Assembly: GCA_002722055.1 (NCBI GenBank)
Contig: PBKD01000011.1
Location: 791 to 64,790 of the forward strand
Reading direction: 5' to 3'
Length of the DNA: 64,000 nt
DNA from: Rhodospirillaceae bacterium
GTDB taxonomy: Bacteria; Pseudomonadota; Alphaproteobacteria; SHVP01
The notes under the pieces are model-generated. The model was not told the DNA's origin and did no database searches. It saw nothing but the letters and a program-made list of their open reading frames with translations. Below, one piece after another: positions 27,656 through 38,991 of the stretch. Each line of letters begins with the position of its first letter. The first letter of the stretch is position 1. The position numbers were made by a program, and so were the translations under genes.

Positions 27656-29263
27656 TTACTCTTCCTTTAAAATATTTAAGGCATCTTCACATGTAATTTT
27701 AGTGAATGATTCATAGCTGCTGTGGGGACAACAGTTATATACCTCGGGCACAGATAATCCAAATAATTTTGAAACAGCCATCATTTGAAATTTTGTGATA
27801 TCATCAAAGAATTTTGCATCATTTATTAACCTTCTATTCGCTTCATTCTTCGTATCGTTACAATCAGATTGCCCAGTAACTCCGCCAAAAAAATAGAGCT
27901 CTTTGCTAGATTCATCTTTTTTCTCAAAACCTGAATTACCTCCATCAGCACCAAAAATAAATATTCTTTTTGGAGCGGCTAAACAAATAACAGGTAATAA
28001 TACAGATAGAGTATTTCCAGGAAGAAAATGTAATGGTGTAGCAATAGACGGAACAAAAAGATTAGAATTTATAAATAATAATTTTTCGTCAAACTCTTTG
28101 ACGATTGACTCCATTAAACCATATTTAGAATTTAAACCCAGAAAAGAGTATTGAGATGAGATTAGAAAATTTTTATTTTTTGATTTTAAAAACTGCTTAT
28201 AAGCTTCCCATCTGTAATTTAAATCTGATGGGTTAGTTACTGTTAAAATATCAATATTTTTCCCCTCTGGTAAAATATTATTTTCTAACTCATTAAATTT
28301 ATTCAAACTTGCATAACATAAATTAAACTTATTAAACTCTTCTATATTTTTTTTGAATTCTTTTATTGACGGTCCATATAACATCACTGCAACGTCTCGC
28401 CCTTTAACAATTTCTCTCATTTTTAATATTCTATTATATGAAGATGGTAAATATGTGTCAGGTCCGTCTGTATATAGATCTTTAGGGGAAATATTATCAG
28501 AAATAATTGAATAAAGTTCTCCCGCTTTTCTTTTATTACCTAAAATATGATATATCCAGGCAGCAAGTATTTGAATAGTATGTGATTCTATACTGCTTGC
28601 ATTTTTAGATATATCAATACAATACTGCAAAGCAGTTGTTAACACTTGTCTAGATTCTTTATTTTTACCTGAATATTTTAAGCATAATCCCCAATATATA
28701 TAGTAGACAGGCTCAACTGTTTTAGTTTTTTTTGAAATAAATTCATAAACCTCTGAAGCTTTATAAAAAAAACCTGCAAGTCTATATGTATCTGCAATTT
28801 CTGTTAAAAATTTTACATCATTTTTCTTATTTTTTTTTACTAGAGAAAAACTTTTGTCTATTGAAAATTTAGCATCTTTATAATCTTTATATGATTGACT
28901 TTGATTCATTCCTAATTTAAGCCAATACTCTGGATCTTCTGGTCTTTCCTTAATTAACTTCTTAAAAGTATTAATAGCATCATCATGCTTTAAAGTACTT
29001 TGCTGGATATTAGCAATTATTGAATAAGCCTCTATACTTGGCAACCTTTTAACTTGATTCTCAAGAATAGTTCTTGCCTCATCAAATTTTTCTAAATGAG
29101 TTAAAACCTTAGCCTTATGGAAAAGAGCTGATTCATTTAGTTTGTCAAAATCTAACAACTTATCATATAATTTAAGCGCAAGGTTATATTTTTGATCAAT
29201 AAAGGCACTATGAGCTTTCTGTAAATATTTTTCATTCAAAGACTGATGAGGTATAAATTTCAT
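27656..29263 (-). CDS. TPR protein with C-terminal Maf/DUF115- or sialyltransferase-like domain (putative nonulosonate transferase)
   Basis: The N-terminal half has TPR-like repeats. The C-terminal half shows KGRDVAVMLYGPSI ... LN.F ... D ... GNT ... KRIFIFGADG ... YFF ... VYNC..HS....F, resembling the GxGPS/GxD pattern of Maf and CstII-like folds. Confidence 0.55.
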   Translation of the reverse strand: MKFIPHQSLNEKYLQKAHSAFIDQKYNLALKLYDKLLDFDKLNESALFHKAKVLTHLEKFDEARTILENQVKRLPSIEAYSIIANIQQSTLKHDDAINTFKKLIKERPEDPEYWLKLGMNQSQSYKDYKDAKFSIDKSFSLVKKNKKNDVKFLTEIADTYRLAGFFYKASEVYEFISKKTKTVEPVYYIYWGLCLKYSGKNKESRQVLTTALQYCIDISKNASSIESHTIQILAAWIYHILGNKRKAGELYSIISDNISPKDLYTDGPDTYLPSSYNRILKMREIVKGRDVAVMLYGPSIKEFKKNIEEFNKFNLCYASLNKFNELENNILPEGKNIDILTVTNPSDLNYRWEAYKQFLKSKNKNFLISSQYSFLGLNSKYGLMESIVKEFDEKLLFINSNLFVPSIATPLHFLPGNTLSVLLPVICLAAPKRIFIFGADGGNSGFEKKDESSKELYFFGGVTGQSDCNDTKNEANRRLINDAKFFDDITKFQMMAVSKLFGLSVPEVYNCCPHSSYESFTKITCEDALNILKEE

Positions 29264-29352
29264 TTTATCAACAATAATTTTCCTAATTTAATTAAATCTT
29301 ATTTGCTGCAATTAAGATTAATAAAAAGTTAAAAAAATTTTTATTTGAAAAT

Positions 29353-29772
29353 TTAAGTTGATAATTTATTTAAAATATAATTCGCAATATCTTTATCATT
29401 GATTCTTTTGGCGGGTAACAAACTTTCCTTATCTTGAAGAGCTCTCTTAATTAGCAAACTATTCTCTACTTTATCTATTTTTATTCTGAAAATACCAGTA
29501 GCACCAATAACTTGAGGGTAATAATTAGGATCAAGCAATTCTGCTGATAATGATAATTTATTAATTAGGTTATCTTCTGATGTTATTTCTGAGGATCTTG
29601 ATAAAGTTAATGACCAATCATTTTTACCTGCATAAAAAGTAGTATTATATTCTATTATAAGTTCTTTTATACTTGAACTAGTTAAACCAAATTTAAATAT
29701 ATGTTTTGTTATACCAATTGAATGACCCCATTCTTGGAGTTTTTTACTTTTTAGTACGAAAATATTACTCAT
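29353..29772 (-). CDS. Hypothetical protein, possible T5orf172/GIY-YIG-like fold
   Basis: 139-aa ORF with ATG and stop; pattern IFVL...IFKFGLT...N...YAG..DW. Confidence 0.6.
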   Translation of the reverse strand: MSNIFVLKSKKLQEWGHSIGITKHIFKFGLTSSSIKELIIEYNTTFYAGKNDWSLTLSRSSEITSEDNLINKLSLSAELLDPNYYPQVIGATGIFRIKIDKVENSLLIKRALQDKESLLPAKRINDKDIANYILNKLST

Positions 29773-29803
29773 AAAATTTACATGCTTGCTAAAATTTATA
29801 ATA

Positions 29804-29971
29804 TTAATCTAATTTTTCAATATCAACATTTTTTCCTGTTACAATATTGTAAAGACTAGCTATAACATCAGAACCAAGAGTCTCACACGCCTCAGCCCTT
29901 ATCTTTAAAGCCTCTTCTATTAAAGCTTTTCTATCTTGATTAGCAACATCTAAGTATATTTTTTTTTCCAT
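29804..29971 (-). CDS. Small hypothetical protein (55 aa), absent from the supplied ORF track
   Basis: Translated by hand: MEKKIYLDVANQDRKALIEEALKIRAEACETLGSDVIASLYNIVTGKNVDIEKLD*. It fills the gap and is co-oriented with its neighbours. Confidence 0.65.
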   Translation of the reverse strand: MEKKIYLDVANQDRKALIEEALKIRAEACETLGSDVIASLYNIVTGKNVDIEKLD

Positions 29972-30018
29972 TGAAAAAATCTAGCTAAAAATAATTAACA
30001 AAATATTAAAAATATAAA

Positions 30019-30429
30019 CTAATCATTTATTTCAAATTTTATATCTTTTGCTCCTGACCAAAGAATTTCATTACCTATTTTAAATAATTGATTTGTATTT
30101 TTTATTGTCATGAAGTGATTTCCAGCAAGTAATCCCACTTTACTTGCAAAAACTGCAGATCCATATACAATCAATATCTCAGTCTCACTTTTACTTTTAG
30201 GATAAAAAAGAATATCACCTTTGGAAGGATAAGAAGTAGTATTTTCTGGCCCTACTCCTAAATCATAGTCACCCATTGGAATCCATGTTGCTTCACCGCT
30301 CCACCTAGCATGAATTAACTTATTCTCCATAGGAAGAATACTCAAGAAAGCATCACAAGTCTTAGGCGCATTATTTATCTCAAGAAAACTATCTAGTAAA
30401 TAACTACCAATTTTGATCTTAATATTTAT
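30019..30429 (-). CDS. DUF3830-family (cyclophilin-like fold) protein
   Basis: APKTC.AF..ILP...K.IHARWSGEA.WIP.GD, EN.TSYPS.GDILFYP...SETEIL..YG...F.SK.G.LAGNHF. The frame extends to an ATA at 30429 preceded by GGAG. Confidence 0.85.
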   Translation of the reverse strand: MNIKIKIGSYLLDSFLEINNAPKTCDAFLSILPMENKLIHARWSGEATWIPMGDYDLGVGPENTTSYPSKGDILFYPKSKSETEILIVYGSAVFASKVGLLAGNHFMTIKNTNQLFKIGNEILWSGAKDIKFEIND

Positions 30430-30504
30430 CGATTTTCTCCAAAAATTTCTAAAAATAATTTTAATCTTAACATTTTATTTACTTTTAAACACTAATTTTA
30501 TAGT

Positions 30505-30687
30505 ATGAATATTTCAAAATTAGAAAAACTTACTGCCGCTGCCAGATTTGACAGAATATATAGAGAGAAAGTTGATTTGGAAGAAGCCATTAGAAAGTCT
30601 AATTCTCTTAAAAGGGTAAGACAATTCAAATTCCAAGAAGCCGAGCAGTATGTAATGGAATCTATTTTTAACCATTCTATTCAATAA
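30505..30687 (+). CDS. Small hypothetical protein (60 aa)
   Basis: ATG-initiated, charged helical ORF occupying the intergenic gap. Confidence 0.5.
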   Translation: MNISKLEKLTAAARFDRIYREKVDLEEAIRKSNSLKRVRQFKFQEAEQYVMESIFNHSIQ

Positions 30688-30724
30688 GTTAAAAAGACAT
30701 ATTTGAAAGTTTAGTTATGTTAAC

Positions 30725-31861
30725 TTAGTTTATTGATTTAGATATATATAGATTTTTATTAATATGAATACAAAGTAAAATACCAAAACTAAATAATATT
30801 GTAACAATGGCTGTACCACCATAGGAAATTAGAGGCAAAGGAACTCCAACCACTGGTATTAGACCCATTACCATTGAAATATTAATAAAGATATATAAAA
30901 AAAATGTAGAAGTGATTCCAATTCCTAATATCCTTCCATAATTAGAACGAGACCTCATTGATATTATATAAGAGTATATAATAAGAATGACGTAAACTAG
31001 CAAAACAATTAAACCACCAACTAAACCAAACTCTTCAGCTAATGCTGTAAAAATAAAATCAGTATGTTTTTCAGGTAGGAAATTTAAATGACTTTGAGTA
31101 CCTAGAAGGTAACCTTTCCCCCATAACCCACCTGAGCCAAAAGCAATTTTTGATTGTATTATGTGATATCCCGAACCAAGAGGGTCCCTTTCAGGGTTAA
31201 AAAAAGTTAGCACCCTATTTTGTTGATAAGAATGAAGTTTTGTCCAAAAAAATGGCGCAAGTAAAACTGCGACTACGGAAACAAAAATAAATTTCCACCA
31301 TCTAACTCCAGCTATGAATAAAATGATTGTCCCTTCTAAAATCAAAAGAATTGCAGTACCTAAATCTGGTTCAATTAATACTAAACATGAAGGAACAATT
31401 ATCATCAATAATGGAGGCAAAATCCATCTAATAGTTCTTATATCATCATGAGAGATTGAATGAAAATATTTAGCCAATGCCATAACTAAAGCAATTTTCA
31501 TTATCTCCGATGGTTGCAGGTGAAAAATACCTAGATCTATCCATCTTTGTGCACCCATACCAATTGAACCAAAAAATTCTACCGCTACTAAAAGTAACAA
31601 TGAAAAAAAATATATAGGATAAGATAAAGATAGTAAAAATCTCAAATCTAGAAAAGCAACCGATAGCATTATAAAAAAACCAAAACTAAACCTAAATATT
31701 TGTTGACGCATCCATGGGTCTGCTGATCCTCCTGATACAGAATAAAGCATTATAAAACCAATAGATGCTAAAATTAAGATCAATAAAATTATAAATAAGT
31801 TTAATGATTTTACTTTATCAAAAAAAGTAAGGTTGTTTTTATTTTTTGAAAAATCACTCAT
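30725..31861 (-). CDS. rodA: Rod shape-determining protein RodA (SEDS)
   Basis: GAQRWI, QPSE.MK, EPDLGT, GYHIIQSKIA.GSGG, FLPEKHTDFIF, PLPLISYGG. Confidence 0.97.
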   Translation of the reverse strand: MSDFSKNKNNLTFFDKVKSLNLFIILLILILASIGFIMLYSVSGGSADPWMRQQIFRFSFGFFIMLSVAFLDLRFLLSLSYPIYFFSLLLLVAVEFFGSIGMGAQRWIDLGIFHLQPSEIMKIALVMALAKYFHSISHDDIRTIRWILPPLLMIIVPSCLVLIEPDLGTAILLILEGTIILFIAGVRWWKFIFVSVVAVLLAPFFWTKLHSYQQNRVLTFFNPERDPLGSGYHIIQSKIAFGSGGLWGKGYLLGTQSHLNFLPEKHTDFIFTALAEEFGLVGGLIVLLVYVILIIYSYIISMRSRSNYGRILGIGITSTFFLYIFINISMVMGLIPVVGVPLPLISYGGTAIVTILFSFGILLCIHINKNLYISKSIN

Positions 31862-33678
31862 TACGCATTTCTTTTTTTATTAGCTATATTTTTTCTCATA
31901 AAATCAAATACATCTTTTGCTATGGGTGCAGCTGTAGATGAACCAGATCCACCATGCTCAACCACGACTGAGATTGCATAAGTAGGGGATTTTCTTGGAG
32001 CAGCACCAACATATAAGGCATGATCTCTCTCTTCCCACGGTCTTTCTTCATTTTTTAATACCCTTGTTTCTCTTTCAATTTGAGAAATTCTCCTGACCTG
32101 GGATGTACCTGTCTTACCAATAATCTCCCAGTTTTTATCATTTATTCTAGATTTGAATGCTGTTCCCATAGGGGAATTCGTAACTCTATTTAAACCTTCC
32201 AAAATTATATCTAAAGATTTTTTGGAAATATTTAGGGGTAATATTTCTTGTTTTTTATTTTCTAAAAGCAACCTTGGTTGAATTGCTCTACCTCCATTAC
32301 ATAACCTTGACATCATTAAAGCTAATTGTAATGGTGTAGCAAGCACATAACCCTGCCCTATTCCAGCATGTAAAGTTTCACCTAATTGCCAAGGTTTTCC
32401 AAATTCAACTTTTTTCCAATTTCTTGTGGGAATATTTCCACCTCTCTCTGAAGGTATTAAAACTCCTGTTTTTTTACCTAAACCAAATTGCTTTGACATT
32501 TTAGCAATCCTATCTATACCAACTCTTTTTGCTATTTGATAAAAAAATACATCACATGATTGCTCTATTGATGACAACATATCAACAACACCATGACCAT
32601 CACTTTTCCAACAATGAAATCTCTCATCTCCAAGTTCAATTGATCCCCTGCAGACTTCTTTGTGATTAAGTGAAATTATCCCATTTTCAATAGCAGCTAA
32701 AGCAACCATCATTTTAAATGTTGATCCTGGAGGGTATTGCCCACCTATTGCTTTATTTAATAGAGGGTTTCTCGGATTATTTATAAGTCTTTCCCATTCA
32801 TAATTACTTATTCCGACATTAAAACTATGCGGATTATATGAGGGAGACGATACCAAAGATAGTATATCACCAGAGTGAATATTCATGACAACAACTGCTG
32901 CACTTTTATTTGATAAAGATTTTGAAATAAATTTTTGAAGGCTAGAATCAAGTGTCAATTTAATATTGTCGCCTGAGTCTCCTGATTTTCTATTTATTTC
33001 TCGAATTATTCTTCCATAAGCATTTACTTCAACTCTACTAATACCAGCCCTACCTCTAAGTTTTTTTTCAAAACTTTTCTCAATACCAACTTTTCCAACC
33101 CTAAATCCTGGTAACGATAATAATGGTTCATCACCCATTTCTTTAGAATCAACTATGCCTACATAACCAATGACATGCGCAAATGCATCTCCATACGGAT
33201 AAAATCTTGTTTCACCTATTTCAGATTGTATACCCGGTAGATCTGGAGAGTTGACATTAACTTTTGAAAACTCTCTCCATGTAAGATTTTCAGCAACTGT
33301 TACTGGAACAAAACCTTTTCTTTTTTTTACTTCTCTGAGAATCTTAGCTATTTCGTACTTACCTAAAGGAAAAATATTTTGTAAAGAGTTTAAAGTTTTA
33401 TCAACACTCTTAGTTTGCTCAGGAATAATAATAACTCTATAATTTCTTTGATTACTAGCTAATTCTTTTCCATTCCTGTCAAGAATTTTTCCTCTTGGTG
33501 GAGGTAATAACCTCATATTGATTCTATTCTCATCTGCTAGAAGACTATAATTTTCTGATTCTATAACTTGTAAATAATACATTCTACCCGCTAAAATTGA
33601 AAAAAGAGCAGTTTGAAAACCACCAAAAAGGAATAGTCTTCTTGTTAAAATTTTTTTTCCTTCATTTTCTTTTTTCAT
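31861..33678 (-). CDS. mrdA: Penicillin-binding protein 2
   Basis: PPRG.I.DRNG, YPPGSTFK (SxxK), SCD (SxN variant), KTGT. Confidence 0.96.
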   Translation of the reverse strand: MKKENEGKKILTRRLFLFGGFQTALFSILAGRMYYLQVIESENYSLLADENRINMRLLPPPRGKILDRNGKELASNQRNYRVIIIPEQTKSVDKTLNSLQNIFPLGKYEIAKILREVKKRKGFVPVTVAENLTWREFSKVNVNSPDLPGIQSEIGETRFYPYGDAFAHVIGYVGIVDSKEMGDEPLLSLPGFRVGKVGIEKSFEKKLRGRAGISRVEVNAYGRIIREINRKSGDSGDNIKLTLDSSLQKFISKSLSNKSAAVVVMNIHSGDILSLVSSPSYNPHSFNVGISNYEWERLINNPRNPLLNKAIGGQYPPGSTFKMMVALAAIENGIISLNHKEVCRGSIELGDERFHCWKSDGHGVVDMLSSIEQSCDVFFYQIAKRVGIDRIAKMSKQFGLGKKTGVLIPSERGGNIPTRNWKKVEFGKPWQLGETLHAGIGQGYVLATPLQLALMMSRLCNGGRAIQPRLLLENKKQEILPLNISKKSLDIILEGLNRVTNSPMGTAFKSRINDKNWEIIGKTGTSQVRRISQIERETRVLKNEERPWEERDHALYVGAAPRKSPTYAISVVVEHGGSGSSTAAPIAKDVFDFMRKNIANKKRNA

Positions 33679-33682
33679 TTAC

Positions 33683-34189
33683 TTACTCATTTATAAAAAT
33701 TCTGATTTTATGCATACCTATAATAATTATTGGATAAATTGATATAGTAAAAATGATTTGAAATATTAAATCGGAAAAATTTATTAATTTTTCATAAATT
33801 AATAAGCCAATAATAAAAATTATTAAAAATACTAACGGAACAACAATAATAAATGCTAACCACTCAACATTAAATTTTTTACCCATCAAAACCTTTCTTT
33901 GTGTTTCCATAATTACTCTTAAAAGAATAAAAATAAGTGCCCACTGCCCTAAAGGGCCACCAGTAATTAGATCGTATAGTAGACCTGCTATAAATACAAA
34001 ATATATAGGAAAAAGATCTGGTCTATAGATTGACCAGTAAAATATAGGAATAATAGCTATAGATGATGAAATTTTAAATGGACTTAAACCCAAGGGTAAT
34101 ATAGAAAAAAAAATAAATATAAATAAAGAAAAACCTGGTAGAGAATTTTTTAAAAGTCTATAAAAATTTTGGCTAATTAAATTAGGCAT
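33683..34189 (-). CDS. mreD: Rod shape-determining protein MreD
   Basis: Hydrophobic; FYWSIYRPD, GLLYDL..GGPLG; lies between mreC and mrdA. Confidence 0.9.
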   Translation of the reverse strand: MPNLISQNFYRLLKNSLPGFSLFIFIFFSILPLGLSPFKISSSIAIIPIFYWSIYRPDLFPIYFVFIAGLLYDLITGGPLGQWALIFILLRVIMETQRKVLMGKKFNVEWLAFIIVVPLVFLIIFIIGLLIYEKLINFSDLIFQIIFTISIYPIIIIGMHKIRIFINE

Positions 34190-34201
34190 ATTAAATAAAA
34201 A

Positions 34202-35035
34202 TTAATCATCTTTTAGCGTTAAAACTTTTACATATTCAACTTGGCTCCAATTCACAAAGGGCCTTACTCTAACAGATCCTTCATCAAAATGTGAAACTAA
34301 ACCAATTCTAATACCAGGAGGGAACAAACCTCCATGACCAGATGTAATGACATAATTGTCAATAAGATCTTGCTTCTTATCTGTCAAGAATAATAAATGT
34401 GAAGTATCACTATTATCACCAGCCAAAATTGCTCTCTGATTTGAAGGGGAAATAATTACTGGTATTCTTGAGTTCATATCTGTAATTTGAAGAACTCTTG
34501 CAGTGCGAAGACCTGTTTCTGAAATTCTTCCAACAAGACCTCTAGAGCTTACTACAGCTTGACCACTATCAACACCATTTAACGAACCTGCATTAATTAT
34601 AAAGGTACGAACAAATAGTCCACTTGAATCTGCTATAACTCTTGCTGAAATGCCATCAATTAATGGTTCTTTGCTTACATTTAATAATTCTCTTAAAGAA
34701 TTATTTTCATATGTTAGCCTATAACCTACTTGCTGCCAAACCATGAGTTGTTCGTTTTCTTTAGCAAGTCTTTTTAACTCTGAATGTAAATTAAATATTG
34801 TATTGACTTCTTTAGAAACTCTCTTAGCAAAAAATACAGGTTTAGAAATAACATTAAATATTGGCGAGAATGCATCTATTATAAAAACTCTTACTGTAGT
34901 AGATATATTTTGATCAAATCTGCTTATTGGAATAATAGCTAAAGAGAAAAGAATAAAAAAAATAATAGTAAATCTACCAGTTAGAAACCTAACAGGTAGA
35001 AAGATTTTTGAGATTTGATTCTGGTTATCCTTCAA
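34202..35035 (-). CDS. mreC: Rod shape-determining protein MreC
   Basis: TM segment, coiled coil, EN..LR.LL, GLVGR, TD.NSRIPV, TSG.GG.FPPGI. Confidence 0.95.
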   Translation of the reverse strand: MKDNQNQISKIFLPVRFLTGRFTIIFFILFSLAIIPISRFDQNISTTVRVFIIDAFSPIFNVISKPVFFAKRVSKEVNTIFNLHSELKRLAKENEQLMVWQQVGYRLTYENNSLRELLNVSKEPLIDGISARVIADSSGLFVRTFIINAGSLNGVDSGQAVVSSRGLVGRISETGLRTARVLQITDMNSRIPVIISPSNQRAILAGDNSDTSHLLFLTDKKQDLIDNYVITSGHGGLFPPGIRIGLVSHFDEGSVRVRPFVNWSQVEYVKVLTLKDD

Positions 35036-35062
35036 GATTGTAACCCTTCAAAAATAGACCTG

Positions 35063-36109
<1,047 letters not shown>

Positions 36110-36129
36110 CTAAACTCCCTTAAAATTAA

Positions 36130-37680
36130 TTATGCAGTTAGTGCCTCTGGGGCAGCTTTTTGCCTTTTTACAAGTAATTTATTCAGCGCATTTATATACG
36201 CTCTTGCACTGGCAACCAAAGTATCAGTATCTGCACCCTGTCCATTAACAGTTTTTCCATTTTCCTCAAGCCTAACCGTAACCTCTGCTTGAGCATCTGT
36301 TCCTTCTGTTACTGCATGAACCTGATATAACAAGAGTTTTGCTTTATGAGGAAAAAGTGCTTTAACCGAATTAAAGGTTGCATCTACCGGACCATCACCA
36401 TCTGACTTGTTTCTCTTCAAATCACCATCTATCTCTATCTGTATTTCTGCAGATTGTGGGCCTTCTGAACCCGCAACAACCCTAAGTGATATAAACTTAA
36501 TCCTGTCGTTTGATCTCGCTTCTTCATCTACTAAAGCTACAAGATCCTCATCATAAACATCCTTTTTCTTATCAGCTAACTCTTTGAATCTTTTAAATGC
36601 ATCCTCAACTGCATTATCACCTAGTTTAAAACCTAACTCATTTAGTTTTTGAGTGAAAGCATGTCTTCCAGAATGTTTTCCAAGAACTAGATTTGATTGA
36701 ACCAATCCAACAGACTCAGGAGTCATTATTTCATATGTGGAAGCATTCTTTAAAACTCCATCCTGATGAATTCCTGCTTCGTGAGCAAAAGCATTCGCAC
36801 CTACTATTGCCTTATTTGGTTGGATAGGAAAGCCTGTAATTTGGGATACAAGACGTGAAGCTTTTGTAATATTCTCTGTAACTATGTTTGTGTAAAATGG
36901 AAGAATATCATTTCTTGTCTTTATGGACATTACAATTTCTTCTAATGCTGCATTTCCTGCTCGTTCCCCAAGTCCGTTAATTGTGCATTCAACTTGTCTA
37001 GCTCCAGCTAAAATACCTGAGAGTGAGTTCGAAACAGCTAAACCTAGATCATTATGACAGTGAACTGATATTCTAGCTTTATCTATATTCGGTACCCTAT
37101 TGATAATATTTGAAATTAGGTCTTTATACTCTGATGGAACTGTATAACCTACGGTATCTGGTATATTTATAGTAGAAGCACCAGCTTTAATAGCACTTTC
37201 AATAACTCTGCACAAAAAATCTTCTTCAGATCTAGTGCCATCTTCACAAGACCACTCAACATCATCAACATGATTTCTAGCTCTACTTACACTATCAACA
37301 ACTGCTTGGTGAACTTCTTCAGGTTGCATCTGCAATTTAAATTTCATATGTAATGGACTGGTAGCTATAAAAGTATGAATTCGTTTTTGCTTAGCGTTTT
37401 TTAAAGCCTCTGCAGCACAATCTATATCTTTGTAGCTTGCTCTTGATAAACCACAAATAATCGATTCCGAAATAATTTTTGAAATTTCTGAAACTGATTC
37501 GAAGTCACCATTTGATGCAATTGGAAAACCGGCTTCTATTACGTCAACTCCCAGAGATTCTAGTGTTTTAGCAAGCTTTAACTTTTCCTCCAGATTCATA
37601 GACGCACCAGGAGATTGCTCGCCGTCTCTCATAGTTGTATCAAATATTATAATCTGATTATTTTCTTTCAAACTTATCAC
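36130..37680 (-). CDS. leuA: 2-isopropylmalate synthase
   Basis: FDTTMRDGEQSPG, HCHNDLG, ERAGNA, HEAGIHQDG, GKHSGR, regulatory C-domain. A GTG at 37680 follows GAGG; the ORF track opens at 37692. Confidence 0.97.
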   Translation of the reverse strand: MISLKENNQIIIFDTTMRDGEQSPGASMNLEEKLKLAKTLESLGVDVIEAGFPIASNGDFESVSEISKIISESIICGLSRASYKDIDCAAEALKNAKQKRIHTFIATSPLHMKFKLQMQPEEVHQAVVDSVSRARNHVDDVEWSCEDGTRSEEDFLCRVIESAIKAGASTINIPDTVGYTVPSEYKDLISNIINRVPNIDKARISVHCHNDLGLAVSNSLSGILAGARQVECTINGLGERAGNAALEEIVMSIKTRNDILPFYTNIVTENITKASRLVSQITGFPIQPNKAIVGANAFAHEAGIHQDGVLKNASTYEIMTPESVGLVQSNLVLGKHSGRHAFTQKLNELGFKLGDNAVEDAFKRFKELADKKKDVYDEDLVALVDEEARSNDRIKFISLRVVAGSEGPQSAEIQIEIDGDLKRNKSDGDGPVDATFNSVKALFPHKAKLLLYQVHAVTEGTDAQAEVTVRLEENGKTVNGQGADTDTLVASARAYINALNKLLVKRQKAAPEALTA

Positions 37681-37892
37681 TCTGGGCCTCAAAATTATTA
37701 AAATTTAATTAAACTTTGAAATATTTGTTAGCATAAAAATAGTAAAAAAAATCTAAATTAATCACACTGACTAATATTATTCATAAGGAATTAACAAACT
37801 ATAAATAGTCAATAATAATATAATATAAGCTAAAATACTGAATTATCTGAGAAAGTCAAAAAAACATCAAAAAAACAGAAAAAATCACTTCA

Positions 37893-37914
37893 CAAAAAAC
37901 TGCTGGCCAGTTTT
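37893..37914 (-). terminator. Possible intrinsic terminator downstream of ilvC
   Basis: Minus strand AAAACTG-GCCAG-CAGTTTT followed by TT; 7-bp stem. Confidence 0.4.
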
Positions 37915-37950
37915 AAATTAGAAACTAAAAATAGAATTTTGAAGAAAGAA

Positions 37951-38976
<1,026 letters not shown>

Positions 38977-38991
38977 TTACCCTCCCTTTGA

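Noticed and set aside
1-29263. Mobile genomic island or prophage interpretation of the accessory blocks
   Set aside because: No integrase, transposase, tRNA, att-like direct repeat or phage gene is seen; the left boundary lies outside the window.
37693-37950. Leucine attenuator or leader peptide upstream of leuA (and likewise 41297-41423 upstream of ilvB)
   Set aside because: Only short ORFs without Leu/Ile/Val runs (MNNISQCD, MLTNISKFN) and no convincing terminator/antiterminator pair.
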